DNA of 40,442 bases from Sphingomicrobium sp. (GTDB lineage Bacteria > Pseudomonadota > Alphaproteobacteria > Sphingomonadales > Sphingomonadaceae): contig JBDTMX010000102.1 in the NCBI GenBank assembly GCA_039934055.1, positions 1 through 40,442 on the forward strand. The letters are read 5' to 3'. A program made the translations under genes and the position numbers. The notes beneath the pieces were generated by a model. It saw only the letters and a program-made list of their open reading frames with translations. It was not told the origin of the DNA and made no database searches. Below are positions 30,277 through 40,442 of the stretch, in pieces (position 1 is the first letter of the stretch; each line of letters opens with the position of its first letter).

Positions 30277-30694
30277 AGCGCTCCGAGGTTTCGTCCGCCG
30301 GGTAACGCGCGTTGACGATGCCCCACACGACGCAGAGGAAGAGTCCGGCCCAGGCCAGCCTGGAGTAAGGCGACTGGAAGCCGGTCAAGGCTATGGTCAA
30401 GACGCAGAAGAAACCGAGCACGTAGGCCCCTGGAGGTGATCCCTTCCCGGCTAGTTCGTAGGTCAGCCAGTCCCTGCTTCGGCTGGACCCCAGTTCCTCA
30501 GCGTTCTTGAACTGGTTGCGCCGTCCGCGGGTGAGCAGCAGCACCAGGGCCAGGCCGCAGACGATCATCGCCAGTCCGTTGGCCAACCCAACCGGCGCCT
30601 CGCTCCACGCACCCACCAGCGCAGCACATAAAGAGAGGACCACGATCGTCGGCGCCCGTTCCGAGAGCCCATCGAGGAATGCCGTTACCCGCAC
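30275..30694 (-). CDS. Hypothetical membrane protein (about 4 TM)
   Basis: Four hydrophobic segments and atypical codon use. Start uncertain (GTG 30694, TTG 30697, or in-frame ATG 30748 inside the palindromic site). Confidence 0.65.
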   Translation of the reverse strand: MRVTAFLDGLSERAPTIVVLSLCAALVGAWSEAPVGLANGLAMIVCGLALVLLLTRGRRNQFKNAEELGSSRSRDWLTYELAGKGSPPGAYVLGFFCVLTIALTGFQSPYSRLAWAGLFLCVVWGIVNARYPADETSER

Positions 30695-30722
30695 CAAATT
30701 GCCTATCGCCCGCGGGCCTGAG

Positions 30723-30751
30723 GTCCGCAATGGGTCGAAAGCGGACATTGG
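30723..30751. repeat. Palindromic site, copy 1 (GTCCGC-N12-GCGGAC)
   Basis: GTCCGCAATGGGTCGAAAGCGGACATTGG, 25/29 identical to 32814-32842. Confidence 0.85.
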
Positions 30752-30798
30752 GCATTTGAAACTTGCCGCCGATCGAGCGGCTCCCCAAGGCCGACGGT

Positions 30799-32808
30799 AT
30801 GACATTCATGATCGCCGTATTGATTCTAGGGGCCGTTGCCTCGCCCCCGCCGGACGAGGACCAGGAGAGGTCAAAGCCGATAGCTCCGGCGCTGGCCATC
30901 GATGCGCCCGGTCAGGACGACGAGCGGGCAAGAGCCGCTGGTCCTGCGCAATCGCAAGCCACCGCCGATGCGGATGAGGAGGAAGAGGGGGTCCGGCCTG
31001 ACGACGCCATCGTCGTCACCGCTCGGCGGCTGGATACCGCGAGGACCCAGACCGATGCGGGGCTGGGAGCGACCGTTTACTCCCTGACCAACGAGACTAT
31101 CGAGAACCGGCCCGGCGGAGAAACGGGAAGCATTTCACAAATCTTGACGCAGGCTCCAGGCGCAACCGTGTCCGTGAAAGGCCTGAACATTCGTGGGTCG
31201 CGCGCCAACCAGGTCCGCATCAACAACGTCATCGTTCCCGAAGCCATTGCCGATCCGGCCGATCATCTCAGCTCCCGGCTGGCGGAAACAACGCGCCTGA
31301 TCACGGGCACTCTTCCCGCGCAGTTTGGCTTTGCCCCGGCGGGGGTGATCAGCGTCACGACCAAGAATGGCCTTTATCAGCACGGCGGCCAGGCCGAGCT
31401 TTTTGCTAGCAGCGACAGAATGCTGGAACCGGCGCTGGAGTGGGCGGGGTCGGCGAATGGGACAAGCCTGTTCGCGTCGGGCAGCCTGGAACGCGACCGC
31501 TCAAACGTTGCCGATGGGGAAGGTGCGGCAGCGCGCGACCGCAGGAACGAGATTGAGGGACTGGCCTTTGCCGATCACGTCGTCGGCGAGAATGACCGCG
31601 TTTCCTTGCTCGTTGGCGGCTCGCGCGAGCGCCACCGGATCGGGCAAACGACGATTGGTGCCGGCACCGAGCGCAGTAGCGATGGTTACGCCGTGGCAAC
31701 CTATCTGCACAGTCAGGGCGGCCTCACCGTCCAGTCGTCGCTGTTTGTCGGCAGCGCATCGGATCAGTCGCTGTTCATTGTCCCCACCCACGAGCGCCAT
31801 CGCTCGTTTGGTATCCAGGTTGATGCGAGCGATGCCGTGAGCACATCGCACACGTTGAGGTTCGGCCTTCTCGCCAGCCGTTCAACGGTCCGCGAGCTGG
31901 ACCTCGCGAGCGAACGGTCGGTCACGGGCCGAACTTCGGCTGCGGTTTATGCTCAGGACGAATGGAAGATCGCGCCCACGCTCACATTCAATCCGGGCGC
32001 GCGAGTGGAATGGCTGCGCGGTGGATCGTCGGGAGCGACAGTCGAGCCTCGCGCCAGCCTGGTATGGGAAAACGGGAGCGGATTGACGGGTCACGTCGGC
32101 TATGCGCGCTACGCGTCAGCGGCTCCTCTGGGCGAGCAGGTTGCTGCAACGAAGCTGCCCGACGAGCGCGACGATTATCTCGATATGGGCATGCAGAAGC
32201 GCGCCGGGCCCTTCACCTTCGGGCTGGACGGCTACTGGCGCTCGGTACGCAACGACATCGCGGAACGCGAAGCCATCGGGTCGGCCGTGCCGGCGGCATT
32301 CGCGTTAAGGCGCGCTCGGATCAAGGGTGTGGAGTTCGCGGCGACATATTCCCACCGAGCCACGACCGCTTGGGCAAACCTGGCATTCGCAAGTGCCAAG
32401 GGAAGGTCGATCATCGGTGGTGAGGCGCTGTTCTCGCCGGACATTCTCTTCGCGTTATCACAGCGCTCGGTGCCGCTGGCAAGCGAACGGCCGGTGACTG
32501 CCTCGGGCGGGTTCACGCGCCGGCTGGGCAAGATCAGCCTATCGGGCGACTTGCTGGTGTCGAGCGGCGCAGTGCGGACATTGAATGCGGCGCGTCCGAA
32601 CGGCGCGCGATACTCGCCTTATGCTGTGGTCGGGCTAGCGGCCGTTTATCACGCAAGGATTGCCGGTCGCTCGGCCGACCTCAGGTTCGACTTCACCAAC
32701 CTCACCAACGCCCGATACTTCACGAGCAATGCAGCGAACCTTGAAGGCGGGTGGACCCGTCGCGAACGCGGGCGCGCGATCACAATCGGCATCGAGCAAG
32801 GGTTCTAG
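30799..32808 (+). CDS. TonB-dependent outer membrane receptor
   Basis: TonB-box-like IVVTARR, plug L.QAPG....IRG, YAQDEWKI, EPRASL, NLTN, and terminal Phe (IEQGF). Start ATG 30799 or 30808. Confidence 0.88.
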   Translation: MTFMIAVLILGAVASPPPDEDQERSKPIAPALAIDAPGQDDERARAAGPAQSQATADADEEEEGVRPDDAIVVTARRLDTARTQTDAGLGATVYSLTNETIENRPGGETGSISQILTQAPGATVSVKGLNIRGSRANQVRINNVIVPEAIADPADHLSSRLAETTRLITGTLPAQFGFAPAGVISVTTKNGLYQHGGQAELFASSDRMLEPALEWAGSANGTSLFASGSLERDRSNVADGEGAAARDRRNEIEGLAFADHVVGENDRVSLLVGGSRERHRIGQTTIGAGTERSSDGYAVATYLHSQGGLTVQSSLFVGSASDQSLFIVPTHERHRSFGIQVDASDAVSTSHTLRFGLLASRSTVRELDLASERSVTGRTSAAVYAQDEWKIAPTLTFNPGARVEWLRGGSSGATVEPRASLVWENGSGLTGHVGYARYASAAPLGEQVAATKLPDERDDYLDMGMQKRAGPFTFGLDGYWRSVRNDIAEREAIGSAVPAAFALRRARIKGVEFAATYSHRATTAWANLAFASAKGRSIIGGEALFSPDILFALSQRSVPLASERPVTASGGFTRRLGKISLSGDLLVSSGAVRTLNAARPNGARYSPYAVVGLAAVYHARIAGRSADLRFDFTNLTNARYFTSNAANLEGGWTRRERGRAITIGIEQGF

Positions 32809-32813
32809 CGAAT

Positions 32814-32842
32814 GACCGCAATGGGTCTAAGGCGGACACTGG
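32814..32842. repeat. Palindromic site, copy 2, same orientation as copy 1
   Basis: GACCGCAATGGGTCTAAGGCGGACACTGG, starting 5 nt after the receptor stop codon. Confidence 0.85.
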
Positions 32843-32863
32843 CGCGATGAATTGAAGCGACGC

Positions 32864-34087
32864 TCAATTCCCCGGGATGTTCCCGTTGAGGATGTCGCCG
32901 AGCCCGAACTTCTTGCGCTTCTTGGGCGGCTGCCCGGGCTGGCCGGGCTGCCCCTGCTGCGCCGCCGCGCCGCCGTAACCGTCCATGCCGCCCATGCCGC
33001 GGATCAGCGAGGCGCTGGTCTTGAAGCGCACCTTGGCGGTCCAGATCGGCGCCTTGGGCTTTTCCGCGAAATCCACTTCGGGGCCGTAGCCGATCATCGT
33101 CAGCATTCCCGCCGGCGATGCGGCGGCGACTTCGGCCGGAAGCACGCACTCGCTGACCGTTGGCGCCAGCACCGCGCCGAGGCCGACCAGCCGGCGCACT
33201 TCGGACGGCGCCAGATAGTCCATGTTGGGGAACATCGCCGCGTTCCGGCCCGAGCTCCACATCACCACGTCGCCACCGCCCGACGACCCGAACATCGCCA
33301 GCGCATAGCCGGTCGCGCCCGGCGCCATCCGCCACACCAGCCGACTCGCGCCCGACGGCAATGCGCCCGCTTCGGCAAGGCCGAGCGCCGGCATGAAATC
33401 CTGCCCCGGAGCCAGCGAGAAGCCGATCGGCGGCGAATAATTGCCCTCGACCTGGTGCGCTCCGACCAGCGAGCCTTGCGCCGGCACCGCGCGCGAATCC
33501 TGCTTGTTCGGCCATTCGCCATAGCCCGGCGCGCTGCGCGGTCCCGGCCGCGACACGGCGTGCGCATAATTGGACATTGCCGCCATCCCCGGCGGGATCT
33601 GGCCCGCCGCGAGCTTGGAGAAATCGATCACCGTCGGCTGGCCCAGTCCGACATGCTCGCCGCAGCCCCAATAGATCAGCATCCGCCCCTGGGGCCGCTG
33701 ATAGCCTTGGGGCATGCTCGTCGGCCGTTCCGGCGGCGGGGCAATCGGCGTCACCAGCGGCAGGCTCGGCCCCATCGCCAGGCCGGGCGGGATCAGATGC
33801 TCCGCGGCCGGAGCCGGCGCTTTCTGTTTCGACGCGAGCCGCAGCTCGAGCGTATGCGCGACCGACGAGCCGCCGCCCGACATCATGCCCATGATCTGGC
33901 CGATGTTGGGCCGCGCGCCCGGGGTCATGCCGGCGCCCAGCCCGCTCTGCGTCGCCGCGTCCATCCAGTAGGTCGCGATCGGCGGCGGCGGCGCATTCGT
34001 CGCTGGCCCCTTCGTCGCAGGCGCTGCCCCATAGGCCGCCGCTCCGCCGAGCATGGTCGTCGCGGCCAAGATGCTGATTCTGTTCAT
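32864..34087 (-). CDS. Secreted Gly/Pro/Ala-rich hypothetical protein (407 aa)
   Basis: ATG 34087 (MNRISILAAT..., signal peptide), host-like codon use, IYWGCGE motif, basic C-terminus PKKRKKFGLGD. Confidence 0.82.
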   Translation of the reverse strand: MNRISILAATTMLGGAAAYGAAPATKGPATNAPPPPIATYWMDAATQSGLGAGMTPGARPNIGQIMGMMSGGGSSVAHTLELRLASKQKAPAPAAEHLIPPGLAMGPSLPLVTPIAPPPERPTSMPQGYQRPQGRMLIYWGCGEHVGLGQPTVIDFSKLAAGQIPPGMAAMSNYAHAVSRPGPRSAPGYGEWPNKQDSRAVPAQGSLVGAHQVEGNYSPPIGFSLAPGQDFMPALGLAEAGALPSGASRLVWRMAPGATGYALAMFGSSGGGDVVMWSSGRNAAMFPNMDYLAPSEVRRLVGLGAVLAPTVSECVLPAEVAAASPAGMLTMIGYGPEVDFAEKPKAPIWTAKVRFKTSASLIRGMGGMDGYGGAAAQQGQPGQPGQPPKKRKKFGLGDILNGNIPGN

Positions 34088-34163
34088 CGCAAACCCCCCG
34101 GGTTGATGTCCTACTATCCGCAATGCTCGCGCCGCCTGCAACCCTCTGCTAGCGCGCCGGCCA

Positions 34164-35999
<1,836 letters not shown>

Positions 36000-36022
36000 T
36001 CCCCAGCCACGCAGCACTCACC

Positions 36023-36047
36023 TTCATCAGTGCCCCGCACTGATGAA
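36023..36047. terminator. Perfect 11-bp hairpin between convergent genes; possible terminator or recombination scar
   Basis: TTCATCAGTGC-CCC-GCACTGATGAA, 23 nt after the lepA stop, with no strong U tract. Confidence 0.55.
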
Positions 36048-36049
36048 AC

Positions 36050-36472
36050 TCGCGCTTTCCAGTCGCGCAGCTTCGACGGCGGCGGCTTGAGGACTGCATT
36101 GCGCGCGGCGACGTCGGCGACTTCGCTGGCGAGGCGCAGCGACCCGTGCGCCTTGGCGATGGCGAGGGCGCGATCGTAAGCGGCGTTGAAGCTCTCCGCG
36201 CCGGCGGACCTTTGCAGGTTGACGACCCCGTAGGCCGACATGCCCAGGGCATGGGCGGCGCGGCGCCGGGAGCCGGTGGCGGCCAGCGCGGCGATGAACC
36301 CGCGCTGCCTGTCGGGCGTCCAGCCGTTGACCCGCTCCACCGCGCGCGGGACGGGGGTGAAGTCGAGCAGGTCGCCGAGGTGGGAGAAGTCGCCGAGGCC
36401 GGCGATGCCGGTGATCCGGCAGCGGTCGCAGATCACGGGGATGGCGGAAGCGTCGATGTCAGAGTCGGTCAT
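36050..36472 (-). pseudogene. Probably 3'-truncated hypothetical protein with an HTH-like FTPVP..GWTP.RQ..FI.ALA.TG region
   Basis: About 140 codons with host-like usage. The frame then runs through the hairpin and 136 nt antisense into lepA before stopping at 35864. Confidence 0.55.
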
Positions 36473-36568
36473 CCAGCAGTTTAAACCAGATAGGTTCGAA
36501 GTAGGAAAGCGGAATCTTCTGCTGGCTTAGGGCTAACTTGGCGCAGAAAATGGCGCTATCTCCGCAAC

Positions 36569-38941
36569 ATGGCGAAGCGGATGGATGAGGAAGCAGAAGC
36601 GGCACCCGACGATCTCGCCGCGCTCGCATTCCCCGCGGGGCTTCCGCCCGAGATATTCACGCCGGCCGGAATGCTCGGGCTGGCCGACGAGCTGTCGGTG
36701 ATGATCGCCTTTGTCGACAAGGGCCTGCGCTACCGCTTCATGAACAAGGCGCTGGGCGAGTGGTTCGAGCGGCCGCGCTCGGAGATCATCGGCAAGACCG
36801 TCCGCGAGATCGCCGGGGAGGAGGCGTATCGCGAGCGCGAGCCGCTGATCCGGGCGGCGCTGGCCGGTGAGCGGCAATCCGTGAGCGCGACCTTCGATCA
36901 TCCCACCCGGGGCGTGCTGGCGCTGGAGTCGCAATATATTCCGTGGCGCGACGCTGCGGGCCAGGTGCAGGGCTTCATCGGGCTGATGACCGACGTCACC
37001 GAGCAGCGCGCGGGGGAGCAGGCGCTGCGCGAGAGCGAGGCGCGGTTCCGGCGGATCGCGGACTCGGCGCCGGTCATGATGTGGGTCACGCGGCTCGACC
37101 GCAGCCGCGATTTCGTCAACGACGCTTATGCCGAGTTTCTCGGGATGCCGCGCGAGAAGGCGCGGCGCTACGACTGGCGCAAGATCATCCACCCGGACGA
37201 TTCCGAGCGGCTGATCGGCGAGAGCCTGGCGGGCGAAGCGACCTTGCAGCCGTTCCCGCTCGAGGCCCGTTATCGCCGCCACGACGGCGAGTACCGCTGG
37301 CTGAGGAGTGTGTCGTCGCCGCGCTTCGGGGCCGATGGCGAGCTGGCCGGGTTCATCGGCGCCGCCAGCGACATCACGCTGGCCAAGGAGGCCGAGCTCG
37401 AACTGAAGGCGCAGGTCGAGGAGCGGACCGCCAAGCTGACCCGGAGCGAAGCCCAGTTCCGCGCGATCTTCGAGACGGTATTGGAGGTCTTGGTCCTGTT
37501 GGAGCCTGATGGGACAATTATCGAATTGAACCGGAAAGAGGCGGTGTGGCGCGACAAGGACCCGCGCCGCGCGCTTGGCGTCAAGATCTGGGAGGCACCG
37601 ACGCTGCTCGCTTACCCGCAGCACATCCCGCTGATCAAGGACGCGGTGGCCAGGGCCGCGCGCGGCGAAAGCTTCAACCGGGAAGTGACGATGGAGCGCG
37701 AGGGTGTGCCGACCGCCTACCTCGATTACTCGATCCAGCCGGTCCGCGATGAGGCCGGCAAGATCATCTACCTGCTCGCCGAGGCGCGCGACATTACCGA
37801 CCTGAAAGCGGCGCAGGAGCAACTTCGCCAGAGCCAGAAGATGGAGGCGCTCGGCCAGCTGACCGGCGGCATCGCGCACGACTTCAACAATTTGCTGACG
37901 GTGGTCGTCGGCGGGCTCGATATCGTCGCCAAACGCGCTGACGACCCCAAGCTCAAGCGCTACGCCGAGAACGCGCTGTCGGCGGCCGAGCGTGGCGCTC
38001 GGCTGACCGGCCAGCTGCTGGCCTTCAGCCGGGTCCAGCGGCTCGAGGTGCGGCCGACGCCGGTCGTGCCGATCATCGCCAACATGCGACCGCTCCTGCG
38101 CAACGTGCTCGGCCCCGGCATCGAGAAGCGCTTCGACCTCGACGAGGACGAGCTGCCGGTGATGGCCGACCCGACCCAACTCGAGGTCGCGGTGCTCAAC
38201 CTCGCGATCAACGCCCGCGACGCGATGCCCGACGGCGGCATTCTCACCTTCCGGACGCGGCCGGTGAAAATCGAGCAGGACCCCGAACTCGAAGACGGCG
38301 ACTATGTCGAGCTGTCGATCACCGACACCGGCGCCGGGATGGATGAGCAGGTCGCGGCCCGCGCGTTCGAACCGTTCTTCACCACCAAGGAGGTCGGCAA
38401 GGGGACCGGTCTCGGGTTGTCGATGGTCTATGGAATGGCGCGGCAATCGGGCGGCACCGCACGCATCATCAGCAAGCCCGGCGTCGGCACCACGGTCCAG
38501 CTGTTCTTCCGGCTGGCGGAGCAGAAAGCGGCAGCGGCCGATGCGGACGATCCCGACCACGACCACCCGGAGATCGATCCCAGGACCGCAACGGTGCTGG
38601 TAATCGACGACGACCCGGACGTGCGCGGGTTCATCGTCACCAGCCTGGAGGAGCAGGGCTATCGGGTGCGCGAAGCGAGCGACGGCCGCAAGGGCTTGAA
38701 GGCGATCGCCCAGGAGAAGCCCGACCTGGTGATCGTCGACTTCATCATGCCGGGACTATCGGGTGCAGAAGTCGCCAACCGCATTCTCGCCGAGCATCCC
38801 GAGCAAACGATCCTGTTCGTGTCCGGCTATAGCGAGACCGAGGCCGTGCGGCAGGTCGCGCCCAACGCGCCGCTGTTGACCAAGCCGTTCCGCGCCGAGG
38901 CGCTCGACAAAGCGGTACGCCGAGCACTTTCGGGAGGCTAA
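36569..38941 (+). CDS. Cytoplasmic hybrid sensor histidine kinase (3 PAS, HisKA, HATPase, receiver)
   Basis: [49 protein letters not shown], receiver VIDDD...VDFIMPG...KPF. Confidence 0.95.
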   Translation: MAKRMDEEAEAAPDDLAALAFPAGLPPEIFTPAGMLGLADELSVMIAFVDKGLRYRFMNKALGEWFERPRSEIIGKTVREIAGEEAYREREPLIRAALAGERQSVSATFDHPTRGVLALESQYIPWRDAAGQVQGFIGLMTDVTEQRAGEQALRESEARFRRIADSAPVMMWVTRLDRSRDFVNDAYAEFLGMPREKARRYDWRKIIHPDDSERLIGESLAGEATLQPFPLEARYRRHDGEYRWLRSVSSPRFGADGELAGFIGAASDITLAKEAELELKAQVEERTAKLTRSEAQFRAIFETVLEVLVLLEPDGTIIELNRKEAVWRDKDPRRALGVKIWEAPTLLAYPQHIPLIKDAVARAARGESFNREVTMEREGVPTAYLDYSIQPVRDEAGKIIYLLAEARDITDLKAAQEQLRQSQKMEALGQLTGGIAHDFNNLLTVVVGGLDIVAKRADDPKLKRYAENALSAAERGARLTGQLLAFSRVQRLEVRPTPVVPIIANMRPLLRNVLGPGIEKRFDLDEDELPVMADPTQLEVAVLNLAINARDAMPDGGILTFRTRPVKIEQDPELEDGDYVELSITDTGAGMDEQVAARAFEPFFTTKEVGKGTGLGLSMVYGMARQSGGTARIISKPGVGTTVQLFFRLAEQKAAAADADDPDHDHPEIDPRTATVLVIDDDPDVRGFIVTSLEEQGYRVREASDGRKGLKAIAQEKPDLVIVDFIMPGLSGAEVANRILAEHPEQTILFVSGYSETEAVRQVAPNAPLLTKPFRAEALDKAVRRALSGG

Positions 38942-38965
38942 GTCGCTCCCGCGAGCCCGCGGCCG

Positions 38966-39181
38966 CTACGGCTTGTTCCGGGACAGCTTCTCGCCAGTCA
39001 AAACGACGATGAATGTCTCGTCGTCCACCTGATTCACAGCTTCGCCGCTATCCAGCACCATCCGACTGCGGGAAAAGGCACGCAGAAACGACCGCTGGAA
39101 CTCAACCAGCGTCAGCTCGTCGCCGCGCTCATCCCGAACCGGGATGGCCCGGATCAGCTTTTTCAATCTTGCGCGCCCCAA
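38966..39181 (-). CDS. Small hypothetical protein (71 aa)
   Basis: ATG-started ORF that fills the intergenic gap, with a plausible beta-rich sequence and no known motif. Confidence 0.55.
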   Translation of the reverse strand: MGRARLKKLIRAIPVRDERGDELTLVEFQRSFLRAFSRSRMVLDSGEAVNQVDDETFIVVLTGEKLSRNKP

Positions 39182-39258
39182 TGTGCGCGATTCGGCCGGC
39201 GCAATGTGTCGCTATGTACGAATAAAGCAAGTCCGCGAGCAACTTACCTAGTGTGAGC

Positions 39259-39278
39259 TTCCGCCGCTCCCGGCGGAA
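39259..39278. terminator. 8-bp GC-rich hairpin after the EAL gene stop
   Basis: TTCCGCCG-CTCC-CGGCGGAA, 4 nt beyond the stop at 39283. Confidence 0.45.
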
Positions 39279-39282
39279 ACCC

Positions 39283-40442
39283 TCAGCCGGCCATGCGCTT
39301 TTCGCGCAAGCCGACGACCATCTGGTTGGCGCGCTCGTAGGACAGGGGCCGGCCGAACAGATAGCCCTGGATGGTGTCGCAGCCGAGGTCGCGCATGCGC
39401 TCGAAATCCTCGGCGGTCTCGACGCCCTCGGCGGTCACCGACATGCGGAAGCTCTTGGCCAGCTGGACGATCGACTGGATGATGGCGACGTTCTCCGGCC
39501 GCGTGCCGGCTTCGCGGACGAAGCTGCCGTCGATCTTCAATTTGTGGAACACCGCCTTGTTCAAATAGCCGATCGACGAGTAGCCGGTGCCGAAATCGTC
39601 GAGCGCGATGCCGACGCCGAGCGCGCGCAGGCGCTTCAAGACATCCAGCGTGGTGCCGCTGTCGCCGAGGAAGATGCCCTCGGTGACCTCGAGCTCGATG
39701 CGGTTGCCGGGCACCTTGTGGCGGGCAAGCGCCTCGCTAACGGTGTTGGGAAGCCCCGCCAGAATGATCTGTTTGGGGCTAATGTTGAGCGCGACGGTGA
39801 TCGGCTCGGGCCAGGTAGCGACCGCGCGGATGGCTTCCTCGATCACCCATTCGCCGATCACCGGCATCAGGCCAGCCTCCTCGGCGACCGGGATGAAGAC
39901 GTTAGGCGGCACCAGCCCGCGTTCGGGGTGGTTCCAGCGGATCAGCGCCTCGAAGCCGGTCAGCTTCTGGTCCTTGGCGTTGACCAATGGCTGGAAGGCG
40001 AGGTGGAACTGCTTGGCCACAATCGCCTGGCGAATGTCGGTTTCGAGGCGAACCCGGTCCTCCTGTTCGGACTGGAGCTCGGACGAGAAGTAGCGGGCGA
40101 TGCCGCGGCCGGCGCCCTTGGCTTCATACAGCGCGAGATCGGCCTTGAGGATCAAGTCGTCGACCGTGGCGCCGTCGATCGGGCCGAACGCGCAGCCGAT
40201 CGAAACGCCGATGCGGATCTCGGTCTGGTCGATCATGTACGGCTCGGCGACCGCCTTGATGATGCGGTCGGCCATGCCTTCGATGTTGCGGCGGCTTTGC
40301 GCGTCGATCACGACGATCGCGAATTCGTCCCCGCCCATCCGGCCGACGTGGCCGTCGCCGCCGACCTCGTCGACCAGCCGCTTGGCGACCGCGCGCAGCA
40401 CGGCGTCGCCCTTGGGGTGGCCGAAGGTGTCGTTGACCGGCT
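39283..40442 (-). CDS. Bifunctional GGDEF/EAL protein, 3' part; the 5' end lies beyond the window
   Basis: The frame continues to the edge (PVNDTFGHPKGD). Motifs GGDEF, EALIRW, LDDFGTGYSS, LKIDGSF, AEGVET, QGYL. Confidence 0.95.
   Translation of the reverse strand, partial: PVNDTFGHPKGDAVLRAVAKRLVDEVGGDGHVGRMGGDEFAIVVIDAQSRRNIEGMADRIIKAVAEPYMIDQTEIRIGVSIGCAFGPIDGATVDDLILKADLALYEAKGAGRGIARYFSSELQSEQEDRVRLETDIRQAIVAKQFHLAFQPLVNAKDQKLTGFEALIRWNHPERGLVPPNVFIPVAEEAGLMPVIGEWVIEEAIRAVATWPEPITVALNISPKQIILAGLPNTVSEALARHKVPGNRIELEVTEGIFLGDSGTTLDVLKRLRALGVGIALDDFGTGYSSIGYLNKAVFHKLKIDGSFVREAGTRPENVAIIQSIVQLAKSFRMSVTAEGVETAEDFERMRDLGCDTIQGYLFGRPLSYERANQMVVGLREKRMAG

Noticed and set aside
30249-32842. Interpretation of the palindromic repeats as a CRISPR array or classical attC sites
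   Set aside because: The copies are separated by whole genes rather than 30-40 nt spacers. There are no cas or intI genes and no RYYYAAC/GTTRRRY pair.
36533-38566. Long antisense or alternative-frame ORFs (677 aa here; also 34149-35705, 32852-34552, 2630-3934, 24112-25455, 19916-21103)
   Set aside because: They are shadows of well-supported genes, have no motifs, and show composition typical of the reverse or shifted frame at high GC3.

Overview
High-GC chromosomal window from an alphaproteobacterium. Gene content and order are consistent with Sphingomonadaceae (inference). It is mostly housekeeping backbone: coxA(partial)/coxB, pyrE-pdxJ-acpS-lepB, rpsU, two convergent L,D-transpeptidases, two PilZ genes, purT, rpmJ, galE, gpmA, purE-purK, M14/M16/M28 peptidases, msrB, lepA, a PAS hybrid kinase and GGDEF/EAL proteins. 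Small accessory islets are interspersed. I saw no rRNA, tRNA, CRISPR, transposase or integrase. The most unusual signals are: (1) a cassette-like stretch at about 30.2-32.85 kb, where single genes are bounded by copies of a ~25-bp palindromic site (GTCCGC-N12-GCGGAC) with no recombinase nearby; (2) an abrupt synonymous recoding of the last 81 codons of lepA (hand-counted GC3 about 97% falling to about 59%), centred on a local C-to-G skew flip and next to a hairpin and a gene lacking its own stop; (3) a threonine/serine dehydratase reduced to its two termini by an internal deletion; (4) a tightly coupled trio of a winged-helix-like gene and two small membrane protein genes of unknown function. 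All product calls come from motif recognition by eye; no database searches were run.
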